This document shows, one piece after another, positions 1-10,672 of a DNA stretch of 64,000 nt. Origin of the DNA: Octopus bimaculoides (Eukaryota); contig NC_068986.1 in the NCBI RefSeq assembly GCF_001194135.2, forward strand, positions 73,578,237 to 73,642,236, written 5' to 3'. Position 1 is the stretch's first letter. Each line of letters begins with the position of its first letter. The notes beneath the pieces were generated by a model that saw only the letters and a program-made list of their open reading frames with translations, did not search any database and was not told the origin of the DNA. The translations under genes and the position numbers were made by a program.

Positions 1-77
1 GGAAACCGGGCCCATGACCCTGGCTAGGCTTGAAAAGGGTGCATAAATTTAAAAAAAAATATGCATATGTATGTGTG

Positions 78-127
<50 letters not shown>

Positions 128-347
128 TCTTTATATATATATATTTTTTTTTTTTTCTTTATATATATATGTGGTATATATATATTTAACATTACAATTC
201 TTAACTCCTTATAACCTAGCTTTTATTTATATTAAAATTTATCAATATAAATTTCCATGGAACTTCATATATCAGTTTATACATATAAAATCTCAAATCA
301 TATTCCAATATAAAACTGGTCATTAACATAATGCCATNNNNNNNNNN

Positions 348-379
<32 letters not shown>

Positions 380-419
380 TTTGACATATTAAAAAGTTTG
401 ACAGTTACAAGTATTCCAT

Positions 420-688
420 GCTGAAGCATGGAATAAACTACCTGCATCAGTTGTTAGCTGCCAGGACACTACATCCTTCAAAACTTCCATGCTTCCTGAA
501 ATTCACCAACAGTACACCTGATGCCCCCAACAACCCATGTTGCTTTTTTCTTTCTATTTTTTTACGATTTATTTATTGTTTACTTTCTATGCATTATTCT
601 ATGTTCTGTGCATGCAGTTTTAGTTACATTTTCTGATGAGTTGTAGTGCACCTGAACACTGTATGCAATAAGTTCATTATTATTACTG
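420..688 (+). mobile_element. CR1-clade LINE 3' end (ORF2 C-terminus plus 3' UTR)
   Basis: 420-521 reads AEAWNKLPASVVSCQDTTSFKTSMLPEIHQQYT*, the typical CR1 'WNxLPxxVV...SFK' terminus. It is followed by a 3' UTR ending aataagttc(att)n. Confidence 0.75.
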
Positions 689-952
689 TCTAAATTGGAT
701 GGGAAACAGATGGGCTTAGGCTTCACTGTTGAGCTAGAAATAGAGGTCACATATGGAGAGTCTGTTTAGTGTAAATGCTATGAGGGAGGTGGAGACTATT
801 TCCTCCATAACTGAAATGGATCAAGGCTGAGAAGTATCCTAATTATATTTTTCAACACATGGTATTAGAGGTGTTTAGGGTAACTGGACCACTGACAATG
901 AAACTTCTGTTATTGCCTTGCCAAAGTATCAGGTCATACAAAATTTTAACGT

Positions 953-2163
953 AAACATTTCTGCCAGAGGAAAATTTGCTGAGAAATTTTGTTGTAGGAA
1001 AATTTACTGTATAGGAAAATTCACTATTAATAAAAAAAAATTGCAAAATGGGAATTAGTTTTCTTAAAATGGCAATTTCATCAACCAACCTATTAGAGAA
1101 AGGTAATTTCTTTAAAATGAGTTATCTAGTTTACAGTCTGCTTGTATACTTTTTTTGATGAATATTTCTGTGCAACTAACTCATTGCAATGGTCTATACA
1201 ATGGAAACTAGCAGAGGTGGTGTGAAATTAGTGGATGATTTGGACTGTTTACTGAATAGATAGAAAATACGGTGAAAAAAACGTATTCGAAATATGAAAA
1301 TAAATATTCACAATAACAATTATTACAGGTTGTTTATTTCATATGGATAAGGATATTTATTGCAAGATTGTGGATATTGGTTTAAAGTTGTACTATCAAA
1401 CAGATGCAAAACTTAACAACAAAATCAAATGCTTCACAGCATTAACATTTCTTCCAGTATAGGATGTTATTGATGAGTCTATTGGATTGACTGATGATAA
1501 TTTGTCCCAAGAATTTCTCTCTTATTTTGAAACTCACTATATAGAAAAAGAATGAGGTTGTGGTCAACTTTTCTATTGGCCCACATTTCTTATAGAATTG
1601 TGGAATGCTTTTGAAAGAAATCAAAAATAATATGATCAGAACAAGTAACAATATAGAAGGCTTCCACAATGCAATACAAAGCTCTATTACTAACATGCTT
1701 CCAAATATCTGGAAACTCATAACTTATTTGAAAAGGGAAGAGAGTTTAGCAAGAAAGAAGAAATGTGATTTAGATTAAGGAGATATGGCAGAGACAAAGA
1801 AAATGTATATCGATATTAATGCAAGACTTTAGAGACAAATGCTTCGATATAATCTGCAACAAAAAGTACATTATTTGTGCAGCATTGCTTGGAATTTTCA
1901 TACATTTTAAATGACTTCATCACATTATTTTAATGTTTGACATTGAATAAAAATTTACCTATTTAATGTGGGCCAATAGAAAAGTTAGCCACAACCTCAT
2001 TCTTTATAAAATCTTTTATCATTCTTTTTCATTTTATTTTAAAAATGCTGTTATGATATGCTTTATCGTTGTCCATACTGCAAATTTGTCTTACATTGAA
2101 TTTTCCTATACTTTGAAATTTTCTTACAGTAAATTTTCCTATTTCCTATGGCAAAATTTCTGA
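953..2163 (+). mobile_element. Mutator-like (MULE) DNA transposon, internally deleted, with pseudogenised transposase
   Basis: Imperfect TIRs are built of GGAAAATTT-type subrepeats (~953-1030 vs ~2080-2163). Translations include METSRGGVKLVDDL (~1200), ITGCLFHMDKDIYCKIVDIGLKLYYQTD..IKCFTALTFLPV*DV (1322-1468; CxxH motif) and FLSYFETHYI..WPTFLIELWN..RTSNNIEGFHNAIQSSITNMLPNIWKLITYLKREESL. There are stops and a frameshift. Confidence 0.85.
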
Positions 2164-2774
2164 ACATGTAAATATCAGTTGGTGCTCATATGTGATAATG
2201 TTGCATGTGAAAATGCTGAAAATGTTTTGGGTTGTCTTAAAATTTATTGAGAGAAATAACATTACTGTCTGTCATTGAGGGTGAAGACCCTCAGTACTCC
2301 TTGCTGTTTTGTGTAATTTATGAAGAAGTGTGTTTGTCTTATTTGACTAATTTATCTTATCATCCACTTAATTGTATTCCTGTGTTTTTCTTTCATGAAT
2401 AAGGAACTAGAATTAAAGAAAATTATTTGAGTTATTCAAAGTGAATGTAAAGAAATGTTGCAATGCATTTTGCTTGGAACTCTTATCCATTTTTTTTCCA
2501 TTGTAAGATAGAATGGCGATTTATATCTCATATATCATGAAGATAGTACAGTGCATTTATATCTCACATATCCATGAATATAATGATTTCTTTCCATGAA
2601 GAACAGGAGTACTTGATGAAAAGAGTACATGATGAAAACAATCCTTGTATTATTAATGTTTATTTTATCCACCTTTAATGGAATTGTAGTCAAAATTACT
2701 GCCTCTCTGTGGGGCAAAATACATGTGGTCTGACAGTTTACAAATTGTTCCAGCTCCCTCTAGCTGATGCCCTC

Positions 2775-3020
2775 ATCATCGTCATCGTCACCATCATCAC
2801 CATCATCATCACCATCATCATCATGATGATGATGATCATCATCATGAGCACAAGAATTCCAAGTTTGAGAAAAAAACACAGCTCATGATGATTATGATGC
2901 AATAAAAATTAATAGTAACAATAAATGATGATGATGATGATGATGATAATTATAATAAATGATGCTAATATTCAGGATTGTATCACCACCACCACCACCA
3001 CCACCACCACCACCACCATC
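2775..3020. repeat. (CAT/GAT)n and (CAC)n trinucleotide microsatellite cluster
   Basis: Directly visible runs. Confidence 0.9.
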
Positions 3021-3393
3021 ATGGCCATTACTGAATCCGATTGTGTCTTTTTGCTCCTGGCTAACAATGTTAGTGAATTTTAGTGAAAAATCAATGATGT
3101 GTAAAATACTGGATCAGTGACTGAAGCAACAGATGAATCTCAGGTCATGCTTGAATGATCTTTGCAGATTATCTCTTCTCCTTGATTGCACACTGCAGAT
3201 AATTAACAGTTATAAGCTAGAAAGATATATTAAAGACATGATTGAGTTGACGCACACACATATGTATATATATATATACATATACAAACACACACACACA
3301 TATGAGTGTATGTTATTATGCTTTTGCATTTTCAACTGCTTTTTTTTCATTTATTCATCATTTTAATGAGAAAGAGTTGAGCTTAAGTAAACT

Positions 3394-3445
<52 letters not shown>

Positions 3446-3609
3446 TTCTATTCTGCAAATTAATTTCTTTACTGTAGCTCTGATGAAACTAAAAACTGTC
3501 AATCTTCAAACAAAAACATGCCAACGTTCATTATTGCTAGGGTGGGGAAAGACCAAACAAAATTCTAATAAAATTGTAAAACTGAATGTGTTTATATATT
3601 CATTATATT

Positions 3610-3640
<31 letters not shown>

Positions 3641-4087
3641 ATATATTTTTATCTTCTAAGCTTTTCTTTTTTACTTGCTTCAGTCATTGGACTACAGCCA
3701 TGCTGGGACACTAATTTGAAGGGTTTAGTTGAACAAATCAACCCCAGTACTTTAAATCTAGTACTTTTGCCAAATTGCTACATTATAGAGATGTAATGCA
3801 CCAACATCGATTGCCAAGTGGTGGTATCTGAACTCTATACACTCTACCTACATACCCCCACTGACTATTTTATATTGATATCCCCCATTCACTTTTATTC
3901 CTTTCCTTTCAAGTGCTGATGCAACAATTAAAATGCATTTTCAGGGTGCATTTTGTGTGTGTGCATGCATGTGTGTGTGTGGTGCTATGCAGAAAAGCAT
4001 CTGATACAATTTGTAAAGCAGTTGGGATTAGGAACGGTATTCTGCCAAATCATTGTCATTAACAACAACACCATCATCAACAACATC

Positions 4088-4330
4088 ATCATCATCATTT
4101 TAATGTCTACTTTTCGATGCTTGCATGGGTCAGACAAGATTTTGTTGAGCTGGATTTTCTACAGCCTGATGCCCTTGCCATTGTGAACCCTCACCTTTGT
4201 CCAAGTACAGTATTATTTCTCCCCATGACCAGACATGCTTGTATTGAAGAGTGGGAAAGAGGACACCACTTGTTTGACAGTGACACTCATTTACAACTAT
4301 CACATGATGTCAAGTCAAGGAGACTTTAAC
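4088..4330 (-). mobile_element. SINE 3' half with RTE-type (GAT)n tail
   Basis: Reverse complement of the 11110-11370 and 62830-63090 copies; ends in the catcatcat tail. Confidence 0.7.
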
Positions 4331-4673
4331 ATAGAAATAAAACTCACAAGTGAAATATGGTTCATGGAAAGCTGATGTAAATCGATGATGGTTGTGATGA
4401 TGATGGTGGTGATGATGATGGTGGTGATGATGATGACAACTTGTGTTTGTATTTACAGTTTTAAACTTATATTTGAACATGTCTTTGATTAAGTGCCTTT
4501 TATATCAAGAAAGCTACTAAATATCAATGCTGTTATTAAACATTTTCTAGCACTATATTGAATTTATTTGCTGTAGTTAACAGATTTTATTTAAAATATT
4601 TGCAGTTTACGTTTCATCAGAATATAGTAAGTTATTTAATGAACAAATTATTTAGAAAAAGTCAATAGTTAAT

Positions 4674-5095
4674 AGGTGCAGGAGTGGCTGTGTGGTAGGT
4701 AAGTAGCTTGCTTACGAACCACATCATTCCAGGTTCAGTCCCACTCTGTGGCACCTTGGGCAAGTGTCTTCTACTATAGCCTCGGGCCAACCAAATCTTT
4801 GTGGGTGGATTTGGTAGATGGAAACTGAACGAAGCTTGTCGTATATATGTATATATATATATATATGTATATGTGTGTGTGTGTGTTTGTGTGTCTGTGT
4901 TTGTCCCCCCAACATCGCTTGACAACCGATGGTGGTGTGTTTACGTCCCCATAAGTTAGCAGTTTGGCAAAAGAGACGGATATAATAAGTATTAGGCTTC
5001 CAAAGAATAAGTCCTGGGGTCGATTTGCTCGACTAAAGGCGGTGCTCCAGCATGGCCGCAGTCAAATAACTGAAATAAGTAGAAGAGTAAAAGAG
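4674..5095 (+). mobile_element. SINE family A, full length (tRNA-like head, CORE-like segment, internal TA/TG microsatellite, (GTAAAAGA)n tail)
   Basis: Head ggtgcaggagtggctgtgtggtaagtagc with B-box-like ggttcagtccc, then gtggcaccttgggcaagtg, and tail gactgaaataagtagaagagtaaaagag. There are about 20 related copies in the window. Confidence 0.9.
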
Positions 5096-5154
5096 TTTTT
5101 TTCAGTAAGTAATATTTTGATTTGGTTTTGTTTCAAATGAAAGTGCAGCTATTT

Positions 5155-5985
5155 CTTATCTTTTACTAGTTTCAGTCATTTGACTATTACCATGATGGTG
5201 CACTGCTTTGAAGGGTTTAGTTGAATTAACCACTCTCAGTACTTATTTTTTTTTTAAAAGTCCATTACTTATTCATGAAGGTGCATAGCTCAGTGGTAAG
5301 AGCATCAGACTTACAATCATGAGGTAGTGTGTTTGATTCCTGGACCAGGCTGTCTGTTGTGTTCTTGAGCAAGACACTTTATTTCACATTGCTCCAGTTC
5401 ACTCGGCTGTAGAAATGAGTTGACATCACTGATGCCAAGCTGTATCAGCCCTTTTTGCCTTTCCCTTGAATAACATCGGTGGCATGGAGAGGGGAGGCTG
5501 GTATGCATGGGTGACTGCTGGTCTTCCATAAAAAACAATCTTGCATGGACTTGTGCCTCTGAGGGGATATTTCTCGGTGCAATCCCATGGTCATTCATGA
5601 CTGAAGGGGATTCCTGGTACTTATTCTATTGGTCACCTTTGCTGAATCAAGTTACAGGGACATAAACGAACAAATCCATACCAGTTGTTGAGTGGTGAGG
5701 GGACAGGCAAAACAAAAGGACACATGCACATAAACACACATACATGTGCACTTGTACATGTGCACACAGGCGCAAAGAGCCACACACAAATATGCACATG
5801 CCTTTATTTCGATAGCTTTCTTTCAGTTTCCATCTACCAAATCCACTCACAAAGCTTTGCTTGTCTCAGTGCTATAGTAGAAATCACTTGCTCAAGGTGC
5901 AACACAGTGGGACTGAATCTAGAATCAAGTAACCAAGTGGTTGGAAAGCAAACTTCTTACCACACAACCATGTTTGCATGTGTTA
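5155..5985 (-). mobile_element. SINE family A (minus) interrupted by a family C SINE
   Basis: The tail is at 5155-5275 and the rest at 5612-5985. An imperfect duplication (ccattacttattc / ctggtacttattc) flanks the insert. Confidence 0.75.
5277..5612 (+). mobile_element. SINE family C (tRNA head plus TTGAGCAAGACACT CORE/V-like central motif)
   Basis: A box (gctcagtggtaagagc) and B box (gtttgattcc), then gtgttcttgagcaagacactttatttcac. Related copies lie at 19175 and 60685. Confidence 0.85.
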
Positions 5986-6020
5986 ATTCTGGATTGATTC
6001 TTTTGATGAAGAAAAATACT

Positions 6021-6625
6021 ATGGCTGTGTGGTAGGAAGCTTGCTTCCCAAAAACGTAGTTTCAGGTTCAGTCCTACATTGTGGCACCTTGGGCAAGTGT
6101 CTTCTACTATAGCTTCAGGCCAACCAAAGCTTTGTGGGTAGATTTGGTAGACAGAAACTGAAAGAAGTCCGCCGTGTATATATATATATATATATATGGA
6201 AATGTGCTGTGCGTGAGAAGACCCGGCAAGCCAAGTAAGATCATTGTCAGTGCCCCTGGACTGGCTCTTGTGCAGGTGGCACATGAGATGCACCATTTTG
6301 AGCGTGACTGTTGCCAGTACCACCTGACTGGCTCCCGTAGGATTTTTCGAGTGAGATCGTTGCCAGTGCCCCTGAACTGGCTTGTGCGGGTGGCACATAA
6401 AAGACACCATTTCGAGTGTGGCCATTTTCGTGCGGGTGACACGTAAAAGCACCCACTACACTCTCTGAGTGGTTGGCGTTAGGAAGGGCATCCAGCTGTA
6501 GAAACTCTGCCAAATTAGATTGGAGCCTGGTGTTGCCGTCCGGTTTCACCGGTCCTCAGTCAAATCGTCCAACCCATGCTAGCATGGAAAGCGGACGTTA
6601 AACGATGATGATGATGATGATGATG

Positions 6626-6658
<33 letters not shown>

Positions 6659-6905
6659 AAGTATTGGTATCTAGAAGACCCATATGTATATATCTGTGTA
6701 TATGTGCTTGTGTTTGTGCCCCCATCACCACTCGACAACTGGTGTGTTTACATCCTTGTAACTTAGTGGTTCAACAAAAGAGACCAATAGAATATGTACC
6801 AGGCTTACAAAGAATAAGTCATGGGGTCAATTTCTTCGACTAAAACCCTTTAAGGCGATGCTCCAGCATGGCCACAGTCAAATGACTGAAACAAATAAAA
6901 GAATT
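6021..6905 (+). mobile_element. SINE family A split by an RTE insertion
   Basis: The 5' half (6021-6196) ends in (TA)n. The 3' half (~6690-6905) ends gactgaaacaaataaaagaat. Confidence 0.8.
6197..6627 (+). mobile_element. RTE-clade LINE 3' end, 5'-truncated, young
   Basis: Starts WKCAVREKTRQAK*, continues through a 3' UTR with internal duplicated blocks and ends gcggacgttaaac(gat)n. It is nearly identical to 20129-20574. Confidence 0.9.
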
Positions 6906-6961
6906 AAAAAATATAAATGAATCAAACTAACGATATTAATGCTTTGACATCTTTATTTTAG

Positions 6962-7060
6962 GCTGGTAGCTGTGATAAAAGGAAAGACTAGTGTTACAAA
7001 AGGAATACATCTCACAAAGGGACTCATGTGATGTGGATATAGGTGTTGTTGGATGAGGCT
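6962..7060 (+). other. Probable 5' UTR portion of the same exon
   Basis: Pyrimidine-rich acceptor ctttgacatctttattttAG ends at 6961. All three frames downstream contain stops before 7061. A weaker in-frame AG lies at 7041-7042. Confidence 0.55.
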
Positions 7061-7198
7061 ATGGCTGCTGCAGAATTCCAGGGTACAGATGCTGCCGCCG
7101 CCGCTGCTCACTGGCAGGAAAGATGCCATACTTTGGAGGCATCCCTGGAAAAATTTCGTTTGCAAACGCTTAGGATACGGGAAGCATTGGGAGAGCAG
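7061..7198 (+). CDS. PLEKHH1/2: First coding exon of a PLEKHH1/PLEKHH2 (MAX-1)-like PH/MyTH4/FERM protein, N-terminal coiled-coil segment
   Basis: ATG at 7061 in strong context (gctATGg). It reads MAAAEFQGTDAAAAAAHWQERCHTLEASLEKFRLQTLRIREALGEQ (46 codons), then a canonical phase-0 donor CAG|GTGAGT at 7198/7199. The motif W-x-E-R-C-x-x-L-E-x-x-L-x-K-F-R-x-Q-x-x-x-I-R-E-x-L matches my recollection of the human PLEKHH2 N-terminus ([31 protein letters not shown]). Recognised by eye, not by search. Confidence 0.85.
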
Positions 7199-7564
7199 GT
7201 GAGTACTTTAATTTGTTCTGAATGCTTTTAGGGAGATTTCTTGTATTTCAGAAATATAAAATAATTGCTGGTATAGCTATGTGGTAAGAAGTTTGCTTCC
7301 CAACCAAATAATTCCATGTTCAGTCCCACTGGGTAGCACCTTGATGACATGACCAGCCCAGTTAAGAAGTGCAAAGCAGAGGAGAAAAGAGCCTGCAAAT
7401 AAACCACCTGCACTGATCTGTAATCATACTTGCAGCACCTGTGGGTTTCTTTGCAAATCATTGGTGGGGCTCAGATGTCACATTCAACTTAAGCATTACA
7501 ACTGACAAAGACAGTGTAGGTTGTCAGATCCTCATATGTTGAAACTGACGGGAGAGTCAGTCAT

Positions 7565-7726
7565 ATATTCTTTTACTTGTTTCAGTCATTTGACTGCAGC
7601 CATGCTGGAGCACCACCCTTAGTTGAACAAATCGACCCCAGGACTTATTCTTTGTAAGCCTAATACTTATTCTATCAGCCTCTTTTGCCAAACTAAGTTA
7701 CGGTGAGGTAAACACACCAACATCGG
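7565..7726 (-). mobile_element. SINE family A 3' half
   Basis: attcttttacttgtttcagtcatttgactgc...aaacacaccaacatcgg is the reverse complement of the family A tail. Confidence 0.85.
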
Positions 7727-7733
7727 TATATAT

Positions 7734-8049
7734 ACTAGCTGTATTACCTGGTAAAAGCAGGGGTTATTTCCAGTTCCTACTCCTATTACACTGTTTCATG
7801 TCTTATCATGTTTCCTGTTCAGTTCCGGTTTTAGTTCTGCTCCCATTCCTATCCCCAATCCTATGTCGATATAAATTTTAAAATCAGTCAAGTGTAATTA
7901 AGCCATTGAATATTTTATTAACCTTTATGGTAATAGATTATTGCTAAAAATAGGTATTATAAACTATTAATATGATTAGTGGGTGAATAAAGAATGTCCC
8001 TATATTGTTTTAACAAATGACTATGCATTTGAGTGAAATAAATTAGATA
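7734..8049 (+). mobile_element. Possible non-autonomous Helitron-like fragment (5' end)
   Basis: Begins tatACTAGCtgtattacctggtaaaagcaggg, resembling the ACTAGC plus small-hairpin start of Lep1-type Helitrons. It sits where the preceding SINE breaks off. Confidence 0.35.
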
Positions 8050-8050
8050 C

Positions 8051-8273
8051 TCTCTTTTTACTCTTTTACTTGTTTCAGTTATTTGACTGCGGCCATGCTG
8101 GAGCACCGCCTTTAGTCGAACAAATCGACCCCAGGACTTATTCTTTGGCAGCCTAGTACTTATTCTATCGGTCTCTTTTGCCGAACCACTAAGTTACAGG
8201 GACGTAAACACACCAGCATCGGTTGTCAAGCGATGTTGGGGGGATATACACAGACACACAAACACATACACAC

Positions 8274-8342
<69 letters not shown>

Positions 8343-8489
8343 CATATATACGACGGGCTTCTTTCAGTTTCCGTCTACTAAATCTGCTCACAAGGCTTTG
8401 GTCAGCCCGAGGTTATAGTAGAAGACACTTGCCCAAGGTGCCACGCAGTGGGTCTGAACCCAGAATCATGTGGTTCGTTAGCAAGCTAC
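8051..8489 (-). mobile_element. SINE family A, full length, with internal (CA)n
   Basis: Complete reverse-complement copy from the ctcttttactcttttac tail to cacacagccactcct. Confidence 0.9.
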
Positions 8490-8830
8490 TTATCACACAG
8501 CCACTCCTAGGTAGATTTATAAATACATTGACAAATAGTTCACACACTGTAGCTGGTGTTCTCATGTGTTGTACTTATCGTAGCTGATTTGTAAACATGT
8601 GCTACAGACACATCCCTGGGGTGGGGCTTTATAGATTTTCATTGAAATCCAATTCGCCTATAATTCAGCTGGATGTTAGGAACAAATGAATAAAAAAATA
8701 TCGAATTTAACATGGAAAATTATTCCAATATACCAAATTTGAAAATGTTGATGTCATTTTGAAATCTCTCAATATGTGACAGCAACAGGGAAGACCTTAC
8801 AAAAGTAGGGAGACAAACAGTTATAGGATG

Positions 8831-8832
8831 TG

Positions 8833-8926
<94 letters not shown>
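8831..8926. repeat. (CA)n microsatellite, about 48 units
   Basis: Directly visible. Confidence 0.95.
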
Positions 8927-8930
<4 letters not shown>

Positions 8931-9269
8931 AATCACGAGTTTAAAATGGTATATTGTAGATATGTGTATGTATGTACGTATGCATGTGTCTGTGTGTGAA
9001 TGTTTCTTTTTGATGGACAGCAGAAAAGCCACCTACCCCCTCTCTCAAAGCTATGTATTCCTCACACCCACTTTATGTGTGTGTGTTTGTGTGTATTGTA
9101 TCTATGTATTTATGAAAGTATGTATGCAATGTCACGTATATATGACAACTCTATTAATGCTACCATCCCATTTCACCGTTGTTTTTGCCTTCACTGATGT
9201 AAGTCAAACTCTCTCTGTTACCACCTCAGACATACTTTTTGCAACTTTCTCATTTTATCATATAATTTG

Positions 9270-9425
9270 CCCAACGCCTCTGGGGGACACATTATGAAAT
9301 TTTGAAATCCAATTAGCCTATTATTGAACTGGATGTTAGTGTTACATGTATGTAAAGTTTCATGAATATTGGTTCAGTGGTTTAGGCACTAAGTTGGTAA
9401 CAGACAGACAGAAATTGCTATATAC
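9270..9425 (+). mobile_element. Possible Helitron-like (Lep1-type) 3' end fragment
   Basis: aaagtttcatgaatattggttcagtggtttagg...taacagacagacagaaattgctata resembles Lep1-like 3' ends. The block ttgaaatccaattMgcctat...ctggatgttag also occurs at ~8643-8680. Confidence 0.35.
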
Positions 9426-9436
9426 TCCTTTTTTTT

Positions 9437-9600
9437 TTTACTTTAGTCAAGCAAATCGACCCTAGGACTTATTCTTTGTAAGCCTTGTACTTATTCTATC
9501 GGTCTCTTTAGCCGAATCACTAAGTTACGGGGATATAAACACACCAGTATAATTTATCAGGCAATGTTGGGGAGACAAAGACAGATACACAAACATATAT

Positions 9601-9639
<39 letters not shown>

Positions 9640-9806
9640 CGACGGGCTTCTTTCAATTTCTGTCTGCCAAATCCACTCACAAGGCTTTGGTCAGCCCGAG
9701 GCTATAGTAGAAGACACTTTCCCAAGGTGCCACACAATGGGGCTGAACCCAGAACCATGTGGTTGGTAAGCAAGCTACTTAGCACACAGCCACTCCTGTG
9801 CCTATA
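9437..9806 (-). mobile_element. SINE family A
   Basis: Reverse-complement copy with internal (TA)n; the head ends cactcctgtgccta next to a gap. Confidence 0.85.
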
Positions 9807-10167
9807 NNNNNNNNNNNNNNNNNNNNNNNNNNNNNNNNNNNNNNNNNNNNNNNNNNNNNNNNNNNNNNNNNNNNNNNNNNNNNNNNNNNNNNNNNNNNNN
9901 NNNNNNNNNNNNNNNNNNNNNNNNNNNNNNNNNNNNNNNNNNNNNNNNNNNNNNNNNNNNNNNNNNNNNNNNNNNNNNNNNNNNNNNNNNNNNNNNNNNN
10001 NNNNNNNNNNNNNNNNNNNNNNNNNNNNNNNNNNNNNNNNNNNNNNNNNNNNNNNNNNNNNNNNNNNNNNNNNNNNNNNNNNNATATATATATATATATA
10101 TATGTATGTGTATATATATATATATATTTATTTATTTATGTGTTTCAGCCAAGTGGCTGCGGTCATG

Positions 10168-10205
<38 letters not shown>

Positions 10206-10208
<3 letters not shown>

Positions 10209-10478
10209 TGTGGTTAGCAACAGGGCTTGCTGTGTATGTGAATAAAAATCCAAATTTACTAAGTGGAGCAGGTAAAATCCAGGCTACATATGTTTCCAAG
10301 CTAGCAGAACCTCAGAAGTAATAACCTGATGAATAGCAAGTGAAATACCCCTTGTTGAGTCATTACTACTTCCGAGGTTCTACTAGGTGGGAAACATATG
10401 TAGACTGGATTTTACCTTCATTCCCTAAATTTGGATTTTTATTTGCATACACAGCAACTCCAGTTGCTAACTGTGAAC
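10206..10478. mobile_element. Palindromic MITE (273 bp) with TA flanks, Tc1/mariner-like
   Basis: Arms of about 115 bp are reverse complements: ttagcaacagggcttgctgtgtatgtgaataaaaatccaaattt... vs ...aaatttggatttttatttgcatacacagcaactccagttgctaa. TA lies at 10204-5 and 10479-80. Confidence 0.8.
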
Positions 10479-10672
10479 TATGAAATGACTTTTTTCAGCT
10501 TATCGAATTTGATATGAGAAAAACTTATAACCTTCTTCAATAGACCATTATTGTTCCTGAAAGTTGCTTTTTCTTCCTTCTACAGACTGCTTGAAGTTTA
10601 ATAACTTCCTACACCTGAATCCTTGGATCTTATCTTTACATAACATATATGTATATATATACATATATATAT

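Noticed and set aside
632-660. CTGATGAG...TGAAC as a hammerhead ribozyme
   Set aside because: GAAA is absent, and the motif lies in the 3' UTR of the CR1 fragment.
5925-6549. 175-aa and other overlapping ORFs recurring at 19906-20499 and 29834-30221
   Set aside because: They lie in the RTE 3' UTR, mostly antisense. The recurrence reflects repeat copies, and the frames differ between copies.
10326-10362. CTGATGA...GAAA in the palindrome loop as a hammerhead ribozyme
   Set aside because: Stem II has only 1-2 bp, and no stem III or stem I can be formed around a valid NUH site.
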